Part shown: piece after piece, positions 31,428-40,553 of the stretch
Numbering within the stretch: the first letter of the stretch is position 1
Layout: every line of letters starts with the position of its first letter
Made by a program: the position numbers and the translations under genes
DNA from: Acidimicrobiia bacterium
GTDB taxonomy: Bacteria > Actinomycetota > Acidimicrobiia > Spongiisociales > ZC4RG35
NCBI GenBank assembly: GCA_963665765.1
Contig: OY762464.1
Span: 2,601,958 to 2,665,957 of the forward strand
Direction: 5' to 3'
Length of the DNA: 64,000 nt
The notes under the pieces: generated by a model
Seen by the model: the letters and a program-made list of their open reading frames with translations, nothing else
What the model was told of the DNA's origin: nothing
Databases searched by the model: none

Positions 31428-33944
31428 CTATCCACCCGCAAAGACGTACTCGTCGAGGGATGAGTCGGGTCGGTCGCCGCCGTTGTAGGTGGCGATGCGG
31501 AAGCTGGCTGCGGCGGGTTCGCCGGCGTCTACGAATTCGTAGGGTCCGCCTACTCCGTCGTAGTCGGGGTCGCCGCCGTTTTCGATGATGTCTTTGCAGT
31601 CGGCGAAGCTGGTGCACTTGGTGCCGCCGCGGGTGACGTCGTTGATCTCGGTTCCGATGTCCACCGGGTTGTCGCTGTTGGCGGCCAACGCGGCCAGGGC
31701 CACGATCACGATGGCGTCGTAGGTCTCGGCGCCGTAGGCGTACACCTCGGACAGGCCGCCTTCGTAGGCGCCGTCCAGTCGGGCGGTGAAGTCGGAGATG
31801 GAACTGAGATCCACCGAGGGTTCGGTGCCGCGCATGCCTGTGATGATGGAGGGATCGGAAAGCTCGGCGCCGATACCGCCGATGTTTCCGTCAACTCCGT
31901 ACACGTTGGTGGCGGACGTTGCGCCGATGTTCCGTTCGTGCATGGTCACCAATATGGTGGCCGATTCTTGGAACCCGATCACCACTACCGCGTCGGGGGA
32001 GGCGTCTGCCAACTGGTCGACCTCGGCGTCGAAGTTGTCGGTGCCGGGGGCGTAGGCGATGAACGGATCCACCGTGCCGCCCTGGCTCTCGAAGTTTTCC
32101 TTGAACGAGTCGGCCAGACCCTGCCCGTAGGACTCCTGTCGGTAGATCACCCCGGCGATCTCGTTGCCTTCCGACGCCACCAGGTCGGCCAGGACCTTGC
32201 CCTGCAACAAGTCGGAGGGGGCGGTGCGGAAATACAGGCCGTTGTCGTCGTAGGTGGTGAAGTCGGGGGAAGTGTTGGCCGGGGAGAAGTGGATCACGTT
32301 GTTGCCGGTGATCTTGTCGATCACCAGCTTGGAAACAGCCGAGCTGGCGGCTCCGATGATGGCGTCCACGTCCAAGGCCAGCAGCCGGTCGACCTCGGGG
32401 TTGGCGATGTCCTGGTTGGTGTCGCCGGAGTCTCCCTCATGCAACACCACATCGTTGCCCAACACACCTCCCGCCGAATTGATATCGGCAATCGCCAACC
32501 GGGCGCCCGCCACCTCCGGCGGACCCAAGAAAGCCAAATCACCGGTAACCGGCAACAACGTACCAATCACCAACTGACCGGTGGCCATTTCCGTCATGGC
32601 TGCGCCGTCGTCACCGGACCCGCCGGCGAAGACATATTCATCCAACTCCGGGTCGGGTCGGTCGCCGCCGTTGTAGGTGGCGATGCGGAAGCTGGCTGCG
32701 GCGGGTTCGCCGGCGTCTACGAATTCGTAGGGTCCGCCTACTCCGTCGTAGTCGGGGTCGCCGCCGTTTTCGATGATGTCTTTGCAGTCGGCGAAGCTGG
32801 TGCACTTGGTGCCGCCGCGGGTGACGTCGTTGATCTCGGTTCCGATGTCCACCGGGTTGTCGCTGTTGGCGGCCAACGCGGCCAGGGCCACGATCACGAT
32901 GGCGTCGTAGGTCTCGGCGCCGTAGGCGTACACCTCGGACAGGCCGCCTTCGTAGGCGCCGTCCAGTCGGGCGGTGAAGTCGGAGATGGAACTGAGATCC
33001 ACCGAGGGTTCGGTGCCGCGCATGCCTGTGATGATGGAGGGATCGGAAAGCTCGGCGCCGATACCGCCGATGTTTCCGTCAACTCCGTACACGTTGGTGG
33101 CGGACGTTGCGCCGATGTTCCGTTCGTGCATGGTCACCAATATGGTGGCCGATTCTTGGAACCCGATCACCACTACCGCGTCGGGGGAGGCGTCTGCCAA
33201 CTGGTCGACCTCGGCGTCGAAGTTGTCGGTGCCGGGGGCGTAGGCGATGAACGGATCCACCGTGCCGCCCTGGCTCTCGAAGTTTTCCTTGAACGAGTCG
33301 GCCAGACCCTGCCCGTAGGACTCCTGTCGGTAGATCACCCCGGCGATCTCGTTGCCTTCCGACGCCACCAGGTCGGCCAGGACCTTGCCCTGCAACAAGT
33401 CGGAGGGGGCGGTGCGGAAATACAGGCCGTTGTCGTCGTAGGTGGTGAAGTCGGGGGAAGTGTTGGCCGGGGAGAAGTGGATCACGTTGTTGCCGGTGAT
33501 CTTGTCGATCACCAGCTTGGAAACAGCCGAGCTGGCGGCTCCGATGATGGCGTCCACGTCCAAGGCCAGCAGCCGGTCGACCTCGGGGTTGGCGATGTCC
33601 TGGTTGGTGTCGCCGGAGTCTCCCTCATGCAACACCACATCGTTGCCCAACACACCTCCCGCCGAATTGATATCGGCAATCGCCAACCGGGCGCCCGCCA
33701 CCTCCGGCGGACCCAAGAAAGCCAAATCACCGGTAACCGGCAACAACGTACCAATCACCAACTGACCGTCTGTCATACCCATGTCATCGGGGGTGTCATC
33801 GGGGGCCGCGGTGGTGGCGGGAGTCTGGGTGGTGGGAGTCGCTTCCGTCACTTCGGTCGCTTCGTCGTCTCCGCAGGCGGTCGCCACCAACGCCATGATT
33901 GCCATGATGGCCACCAGCCTGAGATAACTCTTGGTTCTATTCAT
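31428..33944 (-). CDS. Lipoprotein ABC substrate-binding protein, Leu/Ile/Val-binding (LivJ/K-like, PBP type I), internally duplicated into two nearly identical SBP domains
   Basis: Lipobox LVATAC after MNRTKSYLRLVAIMAIMA. The body is LivJ-like (GTLLPVTGDLAFLGPPEVAGARLAIADINSAGGVLG...). The whole ~372-aa domain occurs twice, with DNA identity 100% over 1117 bp. RBS AAGGAAGG before ATG 33944. Confidence 0.85.
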   Translation of the reverse strand: MNRTKSYLRLVAIMAIMALVATACGDDEATEVTEATPTTQTPATTAAPDDTPDDMGMTDGQLVIGTLLPVTGDLAFLGPPEVAGARLAIADINSAGGVLGNDVVLHEGDSGDTNQDIANPEVDRLLALDVDAIIGAASSAVSKLVIDKITGNNVIHFSPANTSPDFTTYDDNGLYFRTAPSDLLQGKVLADLVASEGNEIAGVIYRQESYGQGLADSFKENFESQGGTVDPFIAYAPGTDNFDAEVDQLADASPDAVVVIGFQESATILVTMHERNIGATSATNVYGVDGNIGGIGAELSDPSIITGMRGTEPSVDLSSISDFTARLDGAYEGGLSEVYAYGAETYDAIVIVALAALAANSDNPVDIGTEINDVTRGGTKCTSFADCKDIIENGGDPDYDGVGGPYEFVDAGEPAAASFRIATYNGGDRPDPELDEYVFAGGSGDDGAAMTEMATGQLVIGTLLPVTGDLAFLGPPEVAGARLAIADINSAGGVLGNDVVLHEGDSGDTNQDIANPEVDRLLALDVDAIIGAASSAVSKLVIDKITGNNVIHFSPANTSPDFTTYDDNGLYFRTAPSDLLQGKVLADLVASEGNEIAGVIYRQESYGQGLADSFKENFESQGGTVDPFIAYAPGTDNFDAEVDQLADASPDAVVVIGFQESATILVTMHERNIGATSATNVYGVDGNIGGIGAELSDPSIITGMRGTEPSVDLSSISDFTARLDGAYEGGLSEVYAYGAETYDAIVIVALAALAANSDNPVDIGTEINDVTRGGTKCTSFADCKDIIENGGDPDYDGVGGPYEFVDAGEPAAASFRIATYNGGDRPDSSLDEYVFAGG
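31464..32580. repeat. Copy A of a 1117-bp perfect direct repeat (period 1188 bp) inside the SBP gene
   Basis: Identical to 32652-33768. Duplicated six-frame ORFs at a fixed +1188 offset (31706/32894, 31786/32974, 32254/33442, 32321/33509) confirm it. Confidence 0.9.
32652..33768. repeat. Copy B of the 1117-bp perfect direct repeat
   Basis: See copy A. The 71-bp junction (32581-32651) and the outer flanks are homologous but diverged. Confidence 0.9.
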
Positions 33945-33984
33945 CACTTTGCGCCCTTCCTTTTCTATCACAAACAGTGTGATG

Positions 33985-33998
33985 TCTTGCGTCACGGA
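33985..33998. promoter_or_regulatory. 14-bp perfect palindrome GTTTACAAGTAAAC in the SBP gene 5' region (candidate operator); additional TCACA-N5-TGTGA inverted repeat nearby
   Basis: Seen directly in the sequence, ~45 bp upstream of the SBP start codon on the transcribed strand. Confidence 0.3.
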
Positions 33999-34085
33999 GT
34001 TTACAAGTAAACCAACCGCAATTGTAGGCCGGTCCCCCACCGCCGGAGCCCGGATATGCCCGGCGGCATAACCAGGTACGGGTGT

Positions 34086-35819
34086 CTATCTGATCAGGGC
34101 CACCACCGCGCCGGCCGCCACCGAGTCTCCTGCTTCGATGCGCAGCTCCACCACGTTGCCCTCCTTGCCGGCCGTCACCGCGTTCTCCATCTTCATGGCC
34201 TCCAGCACGCAGACGGTGTCCCGGGCGCCCACCCGGTCGCCCACCTTCACGTTCACCTTCACGATGGTGCCCTGCATGGGAGCGGTGACCGCTCCGTCAG
34301 TGGCCACGGCGGGCTCTTTGACGGGTTTGGACGGGCGTCGGCGTACCTTGGGTCGGGTGTCCTGGCCGATATCGGGCTCCCAGTAGGAGACCACGAACCG
34401 TCTGCCCCCGATCTCAACGGTCATGTCCTGGCGAACGACGCTTTCCTCTTCGGGCAGTGAGGCGGCCACCTCCGGGTCGGCGGGAGACAGGAGGAACTCG
34501 TTCTCCAGCCAACCGGTGTGATGGCGGGCGGAGATGAAAGCCGGATGATCGAGCACCGCACGGTGCACCGGGATCGTGGTGGGGATTCCGGTGATCTCAT
34601 ACTCGTGCAGCGCCCGCTTCGCCCGGTTGATAGCCTGCGTGCGGGTGGGTCCCCACACCACCAGCTTGGCCAGCAGATTGTCGTAGAAGCGAGGGATGGT
34701 GACGCCCGCGCTCACCCAACCGTCCACCCGCACCCCCGGTCCGGACGGTTCCCGGTAGGTGACTATCCGGCCCGGGGTGGGCAGGTAGTCTCGGTGGGGA
34801 TCCTCGGCATTGATGCGCATCTCGATGGCGTGCCCGTCCGCTCGCAGGCCAATGGCCGAGGTGGGACGTCCGGCGGCGATTCGCAACTGTTCTCGGACCA
34901 GGTCCACCCCGGTCACCATCTCGGTGACCGTGTGTTCGACCTGAAGCCGCGTGTTCATCTCCAGAAAATAGAAGGATCCCGACGGGTCGGCCAAAAATTC
35001 CACTGTTCCGGCGTTGCGATAATCGCAGGTGCGGGCGATCCTCAGGGCGGCGTCTCCCAGTTCCCGGCTCTGGGTGAGGTTCATGATCACCGAGGGGGCC
35101 TCTTCGATGAGCTTTTGGTGCCGCCGCTGCACCGAGCAGTCCCGTTCTCCCAGGTACACGTAGTTGTGGTGGTCGTCCACCAGGATCTGCGCTTCGATGT
35201 GATGGACGCCGGTCAGTTTTTTCTCCAGATAGACCTGCGGACTGCTGAAGTAGGCGTCCGCCTCCCGTTGGGCGGAGGCCAGGGCTTCTTCGATCTCCGA
35301 AGGGTGACTCACCGTTCTCATGCCGCGTCCTCCGCCGGCATGGGACGCCTTGATCAACACCGGATAGCCGAGTTGGCCGGCCGCCTCCCTTATCTCTTGG
35401 GAGTCTTGCAGGGGGGATTCGGTTCCCGGCACCACCGGCACTCCGGCCTCGATCGCTATCCGGCGGGAAGCCACCTTGTCTCCCATGGCGGCGATGGCGG
35501 CCGGGGGGGGTCCCACCCAGATCAGTCCCTGGTCGATGACCGCTTGGGCGAAGTCGGCGTTCTCCGACAAAAAACCGTAGCCGGGATGGATAGCCTCGGC
35601 GCCGGTCTCCCGGGCGACCTTGAGAATCCGCTCCGCATTGAGGTAGGACTGCCCGGCGGGAGCAGGTCCGATGTTCCAGGATTGGTCCGCCAACTGGGTG
35701 TGATAGGCGTCCCGGTCCGGTTCGGAATACACCGCGATGGTCCGCAGGCCCATTTCCCGGGCGGTGCGGATGATCCTGACCGCGATCTCGCCGCGGTTGG
35801 CGACCAGCACCGATTTCAC
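34086..35819 (-). CDS. accA: Acetyl/propionyl-CoA carboxylase alpha subunit (biotin carboxylase + BCCP domains)
   Basis: MKSVLVANRGEIAVRIIRTAREMG N-terminus, ATP-grasp core, C-terminal biotinyl motif CVLEAMKMEN. Confidence 0.9.
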   Translation of the reverse strand: MKSVLVANRGEIAVRIIRTAREMGLRTIAVYSEPDRDAYHTQLADQSWNIGPAPAGQSYLNAERILKVARETGAEAIHPGYGFLSENADFAQAVIDQGLIWVGPPPAAIAAMGDKVASRRIAIEAGVPVVPGTESPLQDSQEIREAAGQLGYPVLIKASHAGGGRGMRTVSHPSEIEEALASAQREADAYFSSPQVYLEKKLTGVHHIEAQILVDDHHNYVYLGERDCSVQRRHQKLIEEAPSVIMNLTQSRELGDAALRIARTCDYRNAGTVEFLADPSGSFYFLEMNTRLQVEHTVTEMVTGVDLVREQLRIAAGRPTSAIGLRADGHAIEMRINAEDPHRDYLPTPGRIVTYREPSGPGVRVDGWVSAGVTIPRFYDNLLAKLVVWGPTRTQAINRAKRALHEYEITGIPTTIPVHRAVLDHPAFISARHHTGWLENEFLLSPADPEVAASLPEEESVVRQDMTVEIGGRRFVVSYWEPDIGQDTRPKVRRRPSKPVKEPAVATDGAVTAPMQGTIVKVNVKVGDRVGARDTVCVLEAMKMENAVTAGKEGNVVELRIEAGDSVAAGAVVALIR

Positions 35820-37363
35820 AATGGAATGTTTCCGTGTTTTTTGCTCGGCAGGGCTTCTCGTTTGGTGCGGAGCATCTCCAAAGCGGCGATGAGTCGGGGC
35901 CGGGTTTGGCGGGGCTCGATCACCGAATCCACCAGGCCGAGTTCGGCGGCCTTGTAGGGATTGTTGAACTCGGACTCGTATTCCCCTATCAGGTCGAGTC
36001 GCCGCCGGTTCGGGTCCTCGGCGGCGGCGATTTCCCGGCGGAAGATCACGTTCACCGCTCCCGAGGCGCCCATCACCGCGATCTCCGCCGATGGCCAGGC
36101 GAAGACCACATCGGCTCGGATCCCGCGGGCGTTCATCACCAGATAGGCCCCACCGTAGGCCTTGCGGGTGATCACCGAAACTCGGGGAACCGTGGCTTCG
36201 CAGTAGGCGTAGAGCAACTTGGCGCCGTGACGGATGATTCCCTGGTGCTCCTGATCGACTCCGGGCAACACCCCGGGGACATCCACGAAAGTCACCAGCG
36301 GGATGTTGAAGGCGTCACAGAACCTAACGAACCGCGCCCCCTTCTGGGCGGCGTCGATGTCCAGAGTTCCGGCCAGAACCGCCGGCTGGTTGGCTACCAC
36401 TCCCACCGTGTGGCCGTCCAGACGTCCCAATCCCACCAGCAGGTTGCGCGCCCAGTACTGATGCACCTGGAAGAATTCGCCGTCATCGAGGACCGTTTCG
36501 ATCAGGGTGGTCATGTCGTAGGGTTGGTTCGATGAGTCGGGAATGATCTGGTCCAACAGGTCGTCGGTGCGGGTGGGAGAGTCGACGGGAGTGAAGTAGG
36601 CAGGCAGTTCGAGGTTGTTCTGGGGGAGAAAAGAGAGGAGATACCGGACCCCGTCGAGGGCGAGCGCATCTTCGCTGAAGACGAAATGCACCACCCCCGA
36701 GGTGGAAGCGTGCACCATCGCCCCTCCCAACTCCTCGAAGGTGACCTCCTCGCCGGTCACCGCTCTGATCACGTCGGGGCCGGTGATGAAGAGGTGGCTG
36801 GTCTCGCTCACCTGGATCACGAAGTCGGTGAGAGCCGGAGAGTAGACCGCGCCGCCGGCGCAGGGTCCCATGATCACCGAGATCTGCGGTATGACCCCCG
36901 AGGCGCGGACGTTCCGCTCGAAAATCCTTCCGTAACCGTCGAGCGACGCCACCCCTTCCTGGATGCGGGCGCCGCCCGAGTCCTTGAGCCCGATCAGGGG
37001 AGCGCCGGACTGCATCGCCATATCGGTTATCTTGCAGATCTTGTCGGCCACCGCCACGCCCAGGCTGCCCCCGAAGGTGGTGAAGTCTTCGGCGAACACG
37101 AACACGGTCCGCCCATCAATCTTTCCCCATCCGGTCACCACCGCGTCCCCCAGCGGCCTTCGGTTCTCCACCCCGAACCCGCGCCCGGAATGACGGACGA
37201 AGGCGTCGACCTCACAGAAGGTGTCCTGATCCAGCAGGTGGGCGATCCGCTCGCGAGCGGTCAGCTTGCCCCGTTCATGCTGGCGGTCGATAGAGCGGCG
37301 GTCGACGGTCACCGCCTGGTGCCGCATCCGGCGCAGTTTTTCTATTCGTTGTTCAGTGCCCAA
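35816..37363 (-). CDS. pccB: Acyl-CoA carboxylase carboxyltransferase beta subunit (propionyl-CoA carboxylase beta-like)
   Basis: 515 aa with crotonase-fold carboxyltransferase N- and C-domains (RIEKLRRMRHQA..., GGARIQEG..., VITRKAYGGAYLVM). Overlaps accA by 4 bp. Confidence 0.9.
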   Translation of the reverse strand: MGTEQRIEKLRRMRHQAVTVDRRSIDRQHERGKLTARERIAHLLDQDTFCEVDAFVRHSGRGFGVENRRPLGDAVVTGWGKIDGRTVFVFAEDFTTFGGSLGVAVADKICKITDMAMQSGAPLIGLKDSGGARIQEGVASLDGYGRIFERNVRASGVIPQISVIMGPCAGGAVYSPALTDFVIQVSETSHLFITGPDVIRAVTGEEVTFEELGGAMVHASTSGVVHFVFSEDALALDGVRYLLSFLPQNNLELPAYFTPVDSPTRTDDLLDQIIPDSSNQPYDMTTLIETVLDDGEFFQVHQYWARNLLVGLGRLDGHTVGVVANQPAVLAGTLDIDAAQKGARFVRFCDAFNIPLVTFVDVPGVLPGVDQEHQGIIRHGAKLLYAYCEATVPRVSVITRKAYGGAYLVMNARGIRADVVFAWPSAEIAVMGASGAVNVIFRREIAAAEDPNRRRLDLIGEYESEFNNPYKAAELGLVDSVIEPRQTRPRLIAALEMLRTKREALPSKKHGNIPL

Positions 37364-37393
37364 CCGTTACCTCTCGGATAAGCTTTCTGGTAC

Positions 37394-38104
37394 TTGGACT
37401 TGAGGTTTACCTCTTTGGCTACACCGTATTGGGTCATCCGGCTGTCCGCGACAGCTTCCACGCAGGACGACGCCCGCCGAGCATACCGGGGAAGGCCGGT
37501 GGTGGTGGTCGCCGACCGTCAGGAGCAGGGTAGAGGAAGACGGGGAAGGAAGTGGATCAGCGCTCCCGGGGCGGTGGCGGTTTCGGTGGCATGCGAACCC
37601 CGGTGGCCCAAGGATCGGTGGGGCCTGCTCCCGTTGATGGCGGGCTGGTATGCGGCGGTGGCGCTGGGCGGACAGGTGGCACTGAAATGGCCCAATGATC
37701 TGCTGGTGGGAGAGGACAAGGTGGGGGGAATTCTGGTGGAGGGGCGAGGGTCGGTGGTGGTGGCGGGATGCGGGTTGAACCTGTGGTGGCCGGATCCCCC
37801 TCCGGGAATGGCCGGTTTGGATGGCGTTGCGCCGGGATCCGCCCGGCGAGAGGAGATCGCCCATGCTTGGGCCGGGGGTTTTCTGGAGTCCGCATTGGAT
37901 CCGGCCGGCGGCGGTTTTTCGCTCGACGACTACCGACGCCGCTGTGTGACGGTCGGCCATAGGGTGGGTTGGGGCGAGGGCCGGGTCGGACGGGCAGTGG
38001 ATATCGACCCTCAGGGAGCTTTGGTGGTGGAGGATGCCCGGGGACGCAGCCGGCTGCGCTCCGAAGAGGTGTTTCACGTCCCAAGATCCGATCGGGAGAA
38101 CTAA
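37394..38104 (+). CDS. birA: Biotin--[acetyl-CoA-carboxylase] ligase
   Basis: QEQGRGRRGRKWISAPG motif (GRGRRGRxW), divergent from the accA/pccB operon. Confidence 0.75.
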   Translation: MDLRFTSLATPYWVIRLSATASTQDDARRAYRGRPVVVVADRQEQGRGRRGRKWISAPGAVAVSVACEPRWPKDRWGLLPLMAGWYAAVALGGQVALKWPNDLLVGEDKVGGILVEGRGSVVVAGCGLNLWWPDPPPGMAGLDGVAPGSARREEIAHAWAGGFLESALDPAGGGFSLDDYRRRCVTVGHRVGWGEGRVGRAVDIDPQGALVVEDARGRSRLRSEEVFHVPRSDREN

Positions 38105-38871
38105 CCGGTTTCCACGATCCGGGGGGTGGGGAGGGCGGCGGCGAAAAACTCCGCCAGCCGGACGAGGGCGTCGTGGGCGGCCCGCTCGTCGTAGTTGGCA
38201 TGGTTTTCGTCTACGAATCCGTGGCCGACTCCCTGGTAGAGCAGCCACTGCCCGCTCGGGTTGCGATCCTGCGCGGAGTCCACCGAAGCGGGGGGAATGA
38301 GGTCGTCATCGGCGGCGTAGATGCCCAACACCGGTCCGCTCAGGCGCTTCAGTTGTCCGAGGGCCGGATACCGCCGGTGTTCATCGCCTTCGAGCGGACC
38401 GTACAACACGGCCGCCGGTCCCACCCATCTCCGCAGGGAGGCGGCCAACCAGGCCAGCCGGCCACCCGATCCGACTCCCAGTACGCCCATCGGTTCGGCC
38501 AGCACCCAATCGAGGTCTTCGTCGGAAAGGAAGCGATGGGTGTCGTCCAATTGCGCCAGGACGTCGGTGTCGGTATCGGTGGGTCCTGTTCCCTTTTCGA
38601 AACGACCCGGGCGGCGGGGCGCCAGATTCAGCGCCAGAGCCACCATTCCTCGTCGGGCCAAAAAGCGGCACACACCCTTGAGGTGGGAGGAGGTCGGACC
38701 TTCATCCGTGAGGATCAGCACCACCGGGAAACAACCCACCGCGTCGGGTCGCGCCAGGTAGTCGGACCGGTAGGAACTCCCGGCCGGGGTGGAGTATGTA
38801 CCGTACATGACGGGGTAAGTACCCTCGTGGGGCAGGACCGCCAAAGCTTGCTCTCCTGGGGTCGATGGCAA
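38101..38871 (-). CDS. Dienelactone hydrolase family protein
   Basis: Alpha/beta hydrolase with DLH-family layout (…LGVGSGGRLAWLAAS… nucleophile elbow, C-terminal GVGHGF His). Confidence 0.7.
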   Translation of the reverse strand: MPSTPGEQALAVLPHEGTYPVMYGTYSTPAGSSYRSDYLARPDAVGCFPVVLILTDEGPTSSHLKGVCRFLARRGMVALALNLAPRRPGRFEKGTGPTDTDTDVLAQLDDTHRFLSDEDLDWVLAEPMGVLGVGSGGRLAWLAASLRRWVGPAAVLYGPLEGDEHRRYPALGQLKRLSGPVLGIYAADDDLIPPASVDSAQDRNPSGQWLLYQGVGHGFVDENHANYDERAAHDALVRLAEFFAAALPTPRIVETG

Positions 38872-38968
38872 TTGGCAAGGCTAGCACTCCCACGTTCGGC
38901 TATTTTCACAACATGGCGATGGAGTCACCTATCTGTTTTTTGACAAGGAAAAGTCCCGGGGAACTGCC

Positions 38969-39874
38969 ATGATTCGCCGGGCGGTGGTCACGGGCGGGGC
39001 GGGGTTTGTGGGAACGCATCTGTGCGAGGCCCTGGCCGGAAGAGGTTGGGAAGTGGTGGCGCTCGACGACTTCTCCGCCGGGGGACGGTCGAGGACGGAG
39101 CGAGGCCGCCCCGGGGGGATCGAGACGGTGGAGGTGGACATCACCGATCCGGGCCTTGGCGCGGTGATGATGGGGGTCGGGCCGCAGGTGGTGTTCCATC
39201 TGGCGGCGGTGTCTTCGGTGCCCCTTTGCCAAATGGATCCCCGAAGATGCGTGGAAGTGAACGTGGAGGGAACCGCTCGGGTAGTGGATGCCGCCCGTCG
39301 TAGCGGGGCCGGCCGGCTGGTGAATGTCTCCTCTCTGGCCGCCCATGGGATTCCATCCCACGGGGCCCGCCCTTCCTATGGGATGAGCAAGCGGGCTGCT
39401 GAGGACTTGGTGAGCCGGAGGGCGTCGGCGGCGGGAATCCGATGGGTGACTCTTCGGCCCGCCAACATCTATGGACCGCACCAATACGCGGACGGGGAGT
39501 CGGCGGTGGTGGCCACTTGGTTGAGGGCCATGGCGAGCGGCGAACCTCTGTTTTTGGATGGCGACGGTCGGCAGACGCGGGATTTTGTCTACGTCACGGA
39601 CGCGGTGGAAGCCATGATCCTGGCTTCCGACCGGGCGGACGGCTTGACGCTCGACCTGGGCGGAGGAGTCGAGACGTCTCTTCTGGCCCTGCTGGAAACG
39701 ATGCGGGAGGTCACCGGTTGGGAGGGTGCCGTCCGACCACGGTCGGCCAGGGCGGGAGACATCCGCCGCTCGGTGACCGATCCCCGACCCGCCCGCGCGG
39801 CGCTCGGTTGGAAAGCCCACACCGACCTGGTAACCGGACTCGAAAAGACCTGGGAGTGGATCAATACCCGCTAA
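38969..39874 (+). CDS. NAD-dependent epimerase/dehydratase family protein (GalE-like)
   Basis: VVTGGAGFVGTHLCEAL Rossmann motif, YGMSKRAAE catalytic YxxxK. Confidence 0.8.
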   Translation: MIRRAVVTGGAGFVGTHLCEALAGRGWEVVALDDFSAGGRSRTERGRPGGIETVEVDITDPGLGAVMMGVGPQVVFHLAAVSSVPLCQMDPRRCVEVNVEGTARVVDAARRSGAGRLVNVSSLAAHGIPSHGARPSYGMSKRAAEDLVSRRASAAGIRWVTLRPANIYGPHQYADGESAVVATWLRAMASGEPLFLDGDGRQTRDFVYVTDAVEAMILASDRADGLTLDLGGGVETSLLALLETMREVTGWEGAVRPRSARAGDIRRSVTDPRPARAALGWKAHTDLVTGLEKTWEWINTR

Positions 39875-39904
39875 CCAACCCGGGAAGGCGCCCGACTGCT
39901 GTTG

Positions 39905-40454
39905 GGGCTTGAGCTAGGGCCTGTTCACGCTTCGTGGGGTGTCGTGGATGAGGGCGAAGGTGATGAATGCGAGGAACATGATGTCGAGTTTGTCAAAAGC
40001 GGGAGAAGATCCTTCGGTAGCCTTTCAGCCGTCGGAACAGCCGCTTGATCCGGTTGCGGGTCTGTACACTTCCTGGTCGTATTCCCAAGGGTCGAGACGA
40101 GTGATTTTGGGAGGAACCACCGGGATGTAGCCCAGGTCCAGGGCCAACTGGCGGGTTTCGTCGCCTTCGTAGGCGCGGTCCATCACCAAATCGCGTTTTT
40201 TGTGACTGTGCTCCCAGGCTTTGGAGCAGTCGGCGTCCCTGTGGGGCGTCGTGGGCTTGGCCGGGCGAAAGACGAAACGCTACTGCGGTGCGATCATCCG
40301 CGGCAACCATATGAATCTTGGTGGTCCACCCACCCCGCGACTTCCCGATCGATTGGGATCCCCCTTTTTCAGGGCTCCGGTACCGTCGGGATGCACCTTC
40401 ACAACAGTGCTGTCCACCGACACCGTTTAGTGTGCCGGTCCGGGTCGTGAACAT
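39905..40454 (-). pseudogene. IS5-family (IS427-group-like) transposase remnant, frameshifted
   Basis: GKSRGGWTTKIHMVAADDRTAVAFRLSPGQAHDAP and RIKRLFRRLKGYRRIFSRF...DKLDIMFLAFITFALIHDTP match the DDE_Tnp_1 C-terminal half. The middle is out of frame and the N-terminal half is absent. Confidence 0.5.
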
Positions 40455-40553
40455 GGCCCGGGTCCCTCCCCACAGTTGGCGCCTTTACGCATTTTGCGAA
40501 AGACAGCGGAAAATACGCAATTAGCCGGATTTTTGTTCGTATAATGCACGAGA

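Noticed and set aside
31706-33243. Pairs of identical small ORFs (31706-31894/32894-33082, 31786-32055/32974-33243, 32254-32577/33442-33765)
   Set aside because: They are alternate-frame by-products of the 1117-bp duplication inside the SBP gene, not genes.
33945-34040. Longer start (34040) for the SBP gene
   Set aside because: The internal ATG at 33944 is preceded by an AAGGAAGG RBS and starts a textbook lipoprotein signal peptide. The upstream extension is not signal-like.
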